Below, piece by piece: positions 53,834 to 64,000 of a stretch of DNA of 64,000 nucleotides. Under the pieces are notes generated by a model. That model was not told the DNA's origin. It did not search any database and worked only from the letters and a program-made list of their open reading frames with translations. How positions within the stretch are numbered: position 1 is the stretch's first letter; each line of letters begins with the position of its first letter. The DNA is from Antedon mediterranea (Eukaryota > Animalia > Echinodermata). The position numbers and the translations under genes were made by a program. The DNA is taken from positions 17,497,237-17,561,236 of the forward strand of contig NC_092672.1 of NCBI RefSeq assembly GCF_964355755.1, read 5' to 3'.

Positions 53834-54739
53834 CCGTAAAACCTCAAAAAAAGCTCATGGGCTTCTTCTTTTTTAGTACTCTTGGGTGGGCTTCTTTTCG
53901 AGATGGGCTTCTTTTCGAGAGTACTTTTGTAAACTGTAGAGGGGGGCTTCTTGTCGAAATGAATGCTGTAAATTTTGTGAATTTCTACTACAATAATATG
54001 ACTTTTGAGACATTTTTTCAACCATGAAATTAATGTTTAATACACCAATTAAAAAACAAAATAAAAACCAAAAAAACAGTCCTATGATTCACCGTCAAAT
54101 ACAATCATTTCGTTATCATCGTCGTCATCATCATCCACAATGGAATATTCAAGAGTGTCGTCTGTCGATGATGGCATCTCATATCCAACCAACCCTTCGA
54201 CGTTTACTTCTTTGTTTTCAGAACCATCAAGGACTACATTTATCCCACACTTTCTGAACGACCGAATTTGCAGCGATGGATTTGTGTTCATCATGTACCA
54301 GGCATTGCCAACCCACTTTGTTATAAGAATTCGCCTATCGCTTGCGCAATCTTACCCATCACATAATCATCGGGGTTATCATTGATATGTTTTTCAAACT
54401 CCTCTTTTATCGAATTCTTAAATGGTTTGTTGAATACAACATAGAGGGGCTGTACTCTGCTGGTACAACCAGGGGGTACGTTGACCAGCACAGTGTGTGC
54501 GGCCAAAAGCTCTTTACCTGTGTCTGTTTGCTGTGCTTTATGCACATCTGTTAATACATATACTATAGTAGTCTATCTCGAAAAAAGCCTATACTATCTT
54601 GAAAAGAAGCCCAGGGGGCTTCATTTTAAGATGGGCTTCTTTTCGAGAGTACATTTGCAAACTGTATAGGGGGCTTCTTTTTGAGATGGGCTTCTTTTCG
54701 AGGTTTAAGCCCATAGGCTTCTTTTCGAGGTTTTACGAG
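53834..54739 (-). mobile_element. pogo-family deletion derivative with transposase remnant
   Basis: TIR CCGTAAAACCTC(A/G)AAAA; TA flanks; GGGCTTCTTTTCGAG repeats; DDE_1-like VPPGCTSRVQPLYVVFNKPFK at 54321-54545. Confidence 0.85.
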
Positions 54740-55809
54740 TATTACCATACTGCTGGGCTGAGATGCTGCTCAAGCCCATAAAGTCCCAGAAGTACGCAAT
54801 GGACCTAATCACTCTCCATGGGGCCAACAACTTGATCTAAGCTGGATGGTTATTGGCGACGTCTGCTTAGGTCCTGCGAAACGGTCAGATTGTGGGACAA
54901 ATTGTGTTGGTGCATGCAATATCTTGGGAGAAAATATTCATAAAGAAGGACAAGATAAAATTAAACACTATCTATTGACCCGTGAATGTGAGTGGGTGTT
55001 CAACCCGCCTCATGTAACTCATATGGAAGGAAGTTGGGAACGTATGATTGGAGTAGCAAGGAAGATTTGGGATGTTTAGAGATCTTGGAAAAACCAAGCT
55101 AACCCACGGAGTCCTGGTAACACTAATGGCAGAAGTATCGGGAATTATTAATGCACGTCCCTTAGTAGAAGTCTCTACTGATCCTGAATCACCACAAATA
55201 ATATCACCAAAAATGTCTACTCACTCAAAAGTCTCAACAATTCTTAGCACCTCCTGGTGCGTTTTTTAATGCTGATTTGTACGGTACAGCACTTAGCTAA
55301 CACATTTTGGTCAAATGAAAAAGAGACTACATCCCTACACTTCAGAACAGAAGCAGGTGGCCACAGGAAAAGATGAATATAAGAGATATTGTTCTTTTAA
55401 AGGAGAAAGACATTGTCAGAAATAATTGGCTTATGGGACGAATCGTTAAAGAAATTGGATCAGGATCAGACGGACGAGTTAGGAGAGTAGAAGTGACTGT
55501 TTATAGAGGTGGAGAACTGAAAACCTTTGCAAGACCTATCAGTGAATTGGTGCTGATAATGGCGACTAGTTAAGAGTTACATTGAACATTATTATTATAA
55601 TATTTTGTCATATTCTTTTGTTATTTTTGATATACTGTAAATGGTATCCTTTAGATAACAGAGGGGAGTGTGTTGATCCTACTTTTAGTTGCATCATGCC
55701 TTTCCGAGAGAGGGCGTATGTAATTAGTTTCGCTTTGACGACATGTGTTCTAGAGTTCGGCTTCTAAATGTCTGCCGAGATCGTGTGTAATTTTCTAATC
55801 TACATAGGT

Positions 55810-58800
55810 AGTCTTATTTACCAAATCGCTAAAAGTCTTGACACAAGTACCGATAAATCTGTACATCTTAGCCTATCAATTATGATAAGATAAAAATATG
55901 CATTGTCGACTTCACCGACATTGGTATGATTAAATGCAAAAGATTTTTCAGCTATCGAATACGAATGTTCTGATGTTTTTAATCAACCCAATTCTAACCT
56001 TCAAGATCCTTTTGATAACATCATAACACCATTATTCCAGTATGGGTATATTCACCATCATCAGATTCGATGATAAAACAGTTTAAACCAAAACGACTTA
56101 GCAGGTAAACAAATCTGAACGTAATCTGTCAGACAATGAGAGGCGCGAAAATTGATGACATTGCACACAAGGCAGCAGTACTGTCAACAGAACATAATGT
56201 GGATAGAATTATTCTACACGCGGGAACTAATAACTCCTCAGATGACCCAGCCACTATTGCAGTAAAAATATCATCTCTCGGAGAATCTTTACAACCGAGA
56301 AGAGTAACAATCTCCTCGATAATTCATCGAAAACATGAATCTCTTACAGAATCTAAGCGTATAAACGATGCCAATGACAAGATACGAGCAGTTGCTAGAC
56401 AGCGAAATTGGGGCTTTATTGACAATAGTTGTATCATGTCAAAACACCTGTCTTCGGATGGAACTCACCTAAACCAAATTGGAGTTGGGTCATTTGCCAA
56501 AAATGTTATAAACCACATAAATGGAAATTCGTGCGACGAATCTTTGTCTGTACCTGTGCCTGACATACACAAGCCACAGTCGTCGATTTTTCATCGTGCG
56601 AATATGTATCAACGACAAACGGAAGCAAATCGTCCATTGGAGAATCATAAATTTCTACAAATAAAACCCCACAGAGACCAAATACACCAAGAGTGGAGCC
56701 AGTACCTGGACACAGTCCGCCGACTGCAAAAGGACACAGCGCCATAAGTACTCATTTTTCTAAATTAAAATTATGTGTACTTAATGCTCGATCCACGCAA
56801 CGCAAAGCCTCAAGAAAAGGAGTGGAGCAAGTATCTGGAAATGGTGAGACGAGTACTAAATCCACAGAAAAGCATAGGTCTAAAGAAAAAGCACATCTTA
56901 ATTTTGGCGTTCTAAATGCACGTTCACTGCGTAACAAGTGTGATGAATTTGTGGACTTAGTTGTTAGCTATAATCTAGATGTAGTGGCGGTGTCTGAAAC
57001 CTGGTTAAGACCAGACGATGATCTTGTGATTAGAGAATTAACTCCACTAGGATATCGCTTTGTGCATGTCCCTAGGGTGGACAAAACTGGGGGTGGTGTT
57101 GGAATTCTGTCTAAGACAAGCTTAGTTGTTAACTTGAAAACGGATGTACATACATATGCATCATTTGAGGCTATACATGTGCATATTACGTCTAACTCGA
57201 AATCTCTTCGTTTAGTTAACATATATCGACCACCAACCTTGTCTGTTACAGAGTTCCTAAATGATTTTGAAAAAATGTTGTTTGACTTTATTCTCTTTTC
57301 GTCTGAAATTGTTTTCTGCGGTGACTTTAATATCCATATGGATAATAAAAAAAATGTGGCAGCGGATAGATTTAAAACACTGCTTAGATCGTTTGGTCTC
57401 CAGCAGCATATAAATGAACCCACACACTGTAGTGGGCACTGCCTCGACCTTACTGCTCTCGGATGTAAAGATACACCCTGGCCTGTCAGATCATTTTGCC
57501 ATATTTTGCAAGTTTGATCTTAAACGGCCCACAACACACAAAACTGTAAGAAAAAGTCGCAACCTAAAACAAATTGATATTGAGAAATTCACAAATGACA
57601 TTAAAGCCTGTGTGTCTAATATAACCGATGTAAGTGTAATTCTTGAAGACAGTGTAGAAAGCTATTCTGATCTCAGAGCTGTACTTGATTTACATGCGCC
57701 AGTTCAGAACAAAACAATTAGGCAAAAGGAAGCTAAACCGTGGTATACCGATGAAATTCGATCTGAAAGGAAAGTACGTCGTCAACTTGAACGTAAATGG
57801 ATGAAATCAAAGCTTCTTAAGGATAGACAGGAATACTGTGTTCAAAGATGCGTTGTAAATGGACTGATTGAAAAGGCCAAGACGCGGTATTACTCTAGTC
57901 TGGTTAGTGACTGCACAGGTGATCAAAAGAAACTTTTCAATATAGTAAATAAACTTTTACATCACTCCAAGTCATCGGTCCTTCCTTCGTCTGTCTCCGA
58001 TGAAGCTCTTGCTGAAAGATTTTCTGTGTTTTTTGTAAATAAAATTAAATCAATTCGTGATTCACTAGAAAATGAAAATACTGCCGAAGTTATAACTGCT
58101 TCTGATAAATGTAATATATCTTATGGTTTAACTAGGTCTATACGGTTTTCTCAGTTCGAACCTGCAAGTGATGAGGAAATTTTAAAAATTGTCAAAAATT
58201 CTCCCTCTAAATCGTGTGCACTTGACCCGGTACCAACTTCACTGATTAAGAAATGTACTTCTGCATTTATTCCATTAATCACACATATTGTTAATAAGTC
58301 TCTTGAAAGTGGTTCTTTCCCAGAGTCTCTAAAAGTCACCCATGTTCGACCCACATTGAAAAAAAAAGGTCTAGATCCCGAGATTCTGAAAAACTACAGA
58401 CCTATCTCGAATCTTAGTTTTTTAGGAAAAATAATTGAGAAGGTTGTTTCTAAACGGATTTTGTCGCATGTACAAAAACATGGCCTACTTTATCCGTATC
58501 AATCTGCCTACAAAGCGCATCACAGTACTGAAACGGCATTACTTCGTGTAAATAATGACATCCTACGTGGGATGGATGATGGAAAGCTAACTGCTCTAGT
58601 ATTATTAGATTTAAGTGCAGCATTTGATACGGTTGATCATTCTGTGTTGCTAAATAGACTCAGTACTTATATTGGTATTGAAGGAAATGCACTTGATTGG
58701 TGTCGGTCATATTTGGAAAAACTACCTCAACACGTATGTATTGGTGATGCTATTTCAAAAGCTTCTTTTCTAAACTTTTCGGTACCACAAGGATCTGTTC

Positions 58801-60645
58801 TTGGGCCACAATGGTTTACTATTTATTTACACCAGATACGGGATATCATAAGTAAATATGATCTGTGCTATCATGTTTATGCTGATGATACTCAGATTTA
58901 TATTTCTTTTAAACCTACTATGAAACACAGTGACATTTCTTTGGAATTGCTCCAACATTGTATCTATGAATTGCGTGTCTGGATGAAAAACAACTTTCTT
59001 AAATTAAATGATGAAAAAACAGAATTTGTTCTCTTTGGATCAAAACAGCAGTTGGAAAAACTGCCACCAAGCTTTATTCACATTGGTGAAACCCAAATTG
59101 ACCCGGCTAGGCAGGTTAGAAATCTTGGGGTTGAAATGGATGTGGGTATGACTATGATTTCCCATATCTCAAAAACTATTTCTGCGTCGTCTTTTCACTT
59201 GCGAAACATCCGAAGGATTCGCAAGTTTATAAATGAGACAGCAGCTAAACAACTTGTTCATGCTTTTGTCACTTCACGACTAGATATGGGAAACTCTTTG
59301 CTATACGGGCTACCACAAAAACAACTCCACAGGCTCCAACTGATTCAAAATACAGCGGCACGAGTTGTTAAAAAATTACCAAGATATGGACACATATCAA
59401 ATACTTTGGAAATATTGCATTGGCTCCCTGTTAGGTACCGCATTGTTTTTAAAATATTACTCTTTGTTTTTAAGTCTATAAATGGCATGGCTCCTGAGTA
59501 TATTTCTGACATGCTTAGGCTGTATGTTCCCGGACGTAATCTGCGTTCTAGTGACTCGCTGCTTCTACATCAGCCTAAGTCTCACCACTCATGGGGTGAC
59601 AGAGCATTCTCCGTTACTGCTCCTCGTCTGTGGAATGCTCTACCGAGCTCTATAAGATTTTGCAAAACTGTTGATACTTTTAAAAAATTATTAAAAACAC
59701 ATTTATTCATTAAGGCATATGGAAATCATGAGGTTTCTTAAAGTTTTTTAGACTTAGAATTGTTTTGTATACCTTTTCCTGGCCAGCATTATCTTTGGGG
59801 TGCCTCTGTCTTGGTTGTTGTCTCTGAGCACCCGGTCGTCTGTGGCAAGGCAAATGTGTATCCTGCTCCTTTGTTTGGTCACCTAGGTAGGGGTCCGGGA
59901 CCGCGACAGAACGGCAACGGATCTACAGGGTTGGGTAGGTTTGGCCAGTATGCGTACCTTTTTATGGCCAGCGGGCGTCCCGGATATTGCGCAATATGGC
60001 CAGTGGGCGTCCAATTATTGCGCAATATGTTTTCAATGGCAGCGTCCGCGCGCTCCATGCGTGTGAAAAATACGTACAATGCGACAGAGAGGGCGTTATA
60101 TTTACATTTTCCGCGCGAGATGCCGGCCGGCCACGTACTATTATTATTTATCAGAAAAAAAATATTAAATAATGTGAAATTTCATTAAAAATGTTTTTTG
60201 ATTGACATTATAATAGTTAAAACTATTAATAATTGTTATTAATTAGGCCCTAAAATACAGTAGTATAATTTACTAAATCAGTTTAACTTAGGCTACTAGC
60301 CTGCTCTGAACAGATAGATTGGATTTATAGCGCCATCTGTGTCGCATTGTACGTATTTCACACGCACGGAGGAGCGGACGCTGCCATTGAACAAATATTG
60401 CGCAATAATTGGACGCCCGCTGGCCATATTGCGCAATTTCCGGGACGCCCGCTGGTCATAAAAAGGTACGCATACTGGCCAAACCTACCCAACCCGTATC
60501 CAACGGATGGGGACCCTCCAAAGAAATTGCATTTTATTTTTCAGGAATTTGTATGATTTATTTCTTTTTTATTTTTAAATGCGCCTTGAGCACTCTGGAG
60601 TGGTATGTGCGCTATAAAAATCTTATTATTATTATTATTATTATC
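55810..60645 (+). mobile_element. L2-clade LINE with esterase ORF1 (5' boundary approximate)
   Basis: SGNH-type RGAKI, LHAGTNN, DGTHLN (56136-56747); APE LNARSL/VSETWL/IYRPP/GDFN; RT LDLSAAFD, PQGSVLGP, YADDTQIY, LHWLP, GDRAFS (to 59741); 3' GCGCCTTGAGCA...GCGCTATAAAA plus (ATT)n. Confidence 0.92.
59926..60496. mobile_element. Long-TIR (~170 bp) MITE in the L2 3' UTR
   Basis: GGGTTGGGTAGGTTTGGCCAGTATGCGTACCTTTTTATG... inverted at ~60325-60496; TA flanks. Confidence 0.85.
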
Positions 60646-60779
60646 AAATAAAAACTCCTTGCAATCTAATTTTATTTTCCACATACATGCAAATTTTTAA
60701 CAAATTACATGTCATCATGACCACAAATTACAACATGATATGTAATTTGACCTATACACACAGTATACTATTCCATATG

Positions 60780-61990
60780 ACATATCTCAAAAACTACTAG
60801 TCCGAGAGAGTTGATTTTTTCACTAATTTATTCAAAAGGTAAATATTTATATTTTACGAAAAAATGACCGGAAGTACAACATTTGACCTTCGACCCCATT
60901 TCTCAATGTTTGCATACACAATGTGACTAAAATGGCTGTAGAGACTTTATTTTGCCATCAAATGACCCAGACATAGGTTCCTAATAGCCAGCATAGGACC
61001 ACTTTGTAATTCCCAAAATCACACCTCAAATTAGCAGTACAATTTAAATAAAATATGCAAATAAGGGGGAAAAATTACAGTTGTCCTATATCTTGAAAAC
61101 CACTAATGCTAGAGAGTTGATTTTTTTCACAGCTGTATTCATAATGTACATATTTCTATTTGCTCCAATAAAACATTTTACAAAAAATTGACCAGAAGTA
61201 TGACATTTGACCCTTGACCCCATTTCTCAATATTGCATATATAATGAAACTAAAATGTCTGTAGAGACTTTGTTTTGCCCTCAAATGACTCGGATACAGG
61301 TTTCTAATAGCCAACATATGACTGTTTAGTAAATCTCAAAATCACACCTGTAACACTCACCATCAAAGTATGCAAATTATTAGTACAGGTTACATGAAAT
61401 ATGCAAATTAGGGGGTGAAATTACAGGTTCCTATTATATCCAAAACCACTATGGCTAGAGAGTTGATTTTTTCAATAACTTGTTCAGAATGTACATATTT
61501 AATTTACTCTAATGAAACATTTTACGAAAAAATGACCGGAAATACAACAATTGACCCTCGATCCCATTTACCAATGTTTGCATACATAATGCGACTAAAG
61601 TGTCTGTAGAGACTTTGTTTTGGACTCAAATAACTCGGATACAGGTTTCCTATAGTAAGCATAGGACTGCTTTGTAATTCCCAAAATCTTCGTCATGCAC
61701 CTCGAAATTATGCTAATTAGTTGTACAAATTACAGGAAATACGCAAATAAGGGGGTGAAATTACAGTCTTCCCATATCTCGAAAACCATTAATGCTAGAG
61801 AGTTGATTTTTCCAAAGCCTTATTCAGAATGTACATATTTATATTTGCTCTAATAAAACATTTTACAAAAAAAATTTCGAAAGTAGGACATTTGACCCTC
61901 GACCCTATTTTTCAATATTTGCATATAATGCAACTAAAATGTATGTACAGACTTTGTTTTGGCCTTAAATGACTTGGATACAGGTTTTAT
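60780..61990 (+). repeat. Tandem array of ~305-350 bp units (between 3 and 4 copies)
   Basis: ATATCTC.AAAAC.ACTA.TGCTAGAGAGTTGATTTTTT recurs at ~60781, 61087, 61435 and 61773, each with TTGACC(C/T)T...CCC. Confidence 0.85.
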
Positions 61991-62089
61991 CTACTGAATA
62001 GCGGGGTTGACGGTTCAAGTTTGTGAGGTCAGCACATTAAATATATTGTTAATCGCAATGGAATGAATAATGTTTTGGTAATCTTGCCT

Positions 62090-62326
62090 CTCTGTTGGCC
62101 GCTTGGCGAATGCACGAAAAAAACAAAGTTTTCAAAGTTATATTTTCCATATAAAATTACGTTTTTTTTAGTAATTTATTTTATATATTATATCAACATT
62201 GTCAATATCCATAAAATACGGATTGTTAAACACCTTTAAAAATTTGATAAATACCAAAACAAAATGAATTTGGTCTAAAGTAGGCCGAATCGTCCCACCA
62301 AAAGTGGGGCGAATCGTCCCGGATTC
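62090..62326. repeat. Fragment of the MITE family at 46794-47346, opposite orientation
   Basis: Reverse complement of ~46830-47080, ending GGGGCGAATCGTCCCGGATTC. Confidence 0.65.
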
Positions 62327-62584
62327 AAGGAGTTCTATGAAAAAATCATGGTTGAACTAGGATTTTTACAAAAGCTTGACATTACTATATTACATAAAAT
62401 TAAGCTTGCATTACTTGCATTCTGAAAGAGTATTTACAATTACTTATTTGTGTTCTAGCACCAACAATGTGCATATTAAATAATGATTGATAATTAATGT
62501 CTAATATTATAGTAACAAAACAATAGTAAGAATACATTGAGAACATTTCTATATAAATACATTTTCATATAAAAATTGTATGAA

Positions 62585-62658
62585 TCAGATGATTTGGTCC
62601 TCGTTGTGGTCATCCATATCTTTGACACTGGAAGGCTCCTCATTTATATCACTTCCTC
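62585..62658 (-). CDS. Probable terminal coding exon of an unidentified host gene
   Basis: tttattctacag| acceptor, then phase-1 frame GSDINEEPSSVKDMDDHNEDQII-TGA; locally higher GC within non-repetitive AT-rich, UTR-like DNA. Confidence 0.45.
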
Positions 62659-63179
62659 CTGTAGAATAAATTCAGTCAATTACTCACTTTGTATATCAAT
62701 TTTTTGATGGACAGATCTTTAGTCCACTTTATTTATCTATAATGAAATCTATAATATTAATTATACTGTATTTCAATAGCTATTTATTCATACAGTAATT
62801 GCTGATTTAACCACCAATTTCATCCAGCAAATGTTGCGCTGTTCATAATCAATAACCAATCATAAAGGTTATCGACTGTGCATAACACCACCTATTAATC
62901 TAAAGAAGAAACAACTTTTGAGTGGAGGCAGAGAAGAGGTGTGTTTCATGGAATGTGTCAAATAGGTACTGTCTAAAATTTGCCTTTATTTTGTATGATC
63001 TGAAAGTTTGTTATATATATATTCAGAAGTCTAGTTGAGCAGTGCTTATAATTTATCGTATATAAAAAATTAAAGAGTGGTATTAAACCAGGCGCCAAGA
63101 GAAGTTGTGATGGGTTGATTATGAAGATATATGGCCAAGATTCAATAACCAATATTGCTGCCTGGTTCTATCCAGTAAA

Positions 63180-63930
63180 TTTACCCCGGAGACACCCAAT
63201 ATGGGGGATAAAAAATGAATTTAATCATGCCACAGACAGTAGCCCAAAAATGCCTGTTGGGCCATAACAGATTTAATCATGCGAAGAACCACACAGAAAA
63301 TTAATTGTAACTATTACTTATACCGGTATATACGGTCATACTACGTTGAAACACTGGTTCTCGTCAGATCACCGAAGTTAAGCAACGTTGGGCCTGGTCG
63401 CGTTCTGGATGGGAGACCGTCTAGAAATAGCGACGGGTGCTGTATATACCGGAGATCGGACTAGCATGTGATAGGCATGGATTCAAGGTTATCTGTACCA
63501 TACTAATTGCATCATTAGGCAAGATGCTTTAATCTCATTGACTTACTTGAGGATTCCAAATGATCAGCAAGTGCTGGATGGATCACCCTCATTAAATATG
63601 GTAAAAAAAATTTACTTTTTGGGGTATACGAAAATACCATTGACAGCAACTTTATCCTTTATCCCAGCAGGCCAAATACTGTCTGTTGGGCCATAACAGA
63701 TTTAATCACATGAAGAGCCACACAACAAAATCCATTTTACATTGTAACTACCCTTTAGGATATACGAAAATAAGTAAGTTGGGCCAGACAGTATCCCAAA
63801 AATTTCCCCCTACAAGATTTAATAACCCGAAGAGTCACAAGGCAAAGTTCATTTTGTATTGTAAATATTACCCTAGTCTATGGGATATAAGAAAATACCA
63901 TTGACAGCAATGGCTCAAATTTCCAGTACC
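63180..63930 (+). repeat. Degenerate tandem repeat hosting the SINE
   Basis: GTTGGGCCATAACAGATTTAATCA at ~63256 and ~63686; GAAAATACCATTGACAGCAA at ~63630 and ~63891. Confidence 0.55.
63323..63610 (+). mobile_element. 5S rRNA-derived SINE (SINE3-like) or 5S pseudogene with a SINE-like body
   Basis: 63328-63448 follows the metazoan 5S consensus (TACGGTCATACTACGTTGAAA, CTCGTCAGATCACCGAAGTTAAGCAACG, GGATGGGAGACCG, GGGTGCTGTA) with substitutions and no oligo-T terminator; followed by GGATTCAAG...TTAGGCAAGATGCTT and an A-rich tail. Confidence 0.75.
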
Positions 63931-64000
63931 ATATCGAAGACAACGTCTAATTCTTTTTTTTAACTGTTACACATTGAGATGTAAAATTATAATAATTACC

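Larger units (their letters stand above)
45540..55810 (+). mobile_element. Degenerate BEL/Pao element C, host of the nest, RT/RNase H deleted
   Basis: LTR end TTCACA|GTTAAAAA at ~45618; gag remnants 45860-46370 continue in frame at 53014 (MFT|EFLSEMAY); SRSCAKI, GWMVIGDVCLG, integrase SDCGTN...FNPP..HMEGSWERMIG, INARPL, DUF5641-like tail; PPT AGAGGGGAG and 3' LTR from 55669. Confidence 0.8.

Noticed and set aside
56136-56747. Stand-alone host SGNH esterase gene
   Set aside because: Sits directly upstream of the APE-RT ORF; esterase ORF1s are known in L2/CR1 LINEs.
63328-63448. Functional 5S rRNA gene
   Set aside because: Single copy, diverged internal control region, altered ends and no oligo-T terminator.

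Overview
AT-rich metazoan genomic DNA, not prokaryotic. Pervasive TAGGCCTA motifs and the TE repertoire suggest a marine invertebrate such as an echinoderm (inference). The only confidently recognised host gene is flotillin-2 (FLOT2) on the minus strand: coding exon 1 at 22424-22472 and exon 2 at 9171-9252, both too short for the ORF track. A probable last exon of another minus-strand gene lies at 62585-62658. Most of the rest is transposable elements. Between the two genes is a ~37 kb multi-layer nest of three BEL/Pao, one Copia and one Gypsy LTR element, CR1- and L2-group LINEs, a Helentron-like element and several MITEs; more MITEs, Helentron-like elements and LINE fragments lie in the FLOT2 introns, and a 5S-derived SINE lies near the right end. 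The most unusual observation is two foldback elements from different families (10971-16744 and 35794-45037). Both end in TAGAC...GTCTA, carry TTGACCTTTGA subterminal arrays, and are built from two outward-facing copies of the 3' end of a FEN1/XPG-like nuclease gene. All coordinates were read by eye; boundaries marked ~ are approximate.
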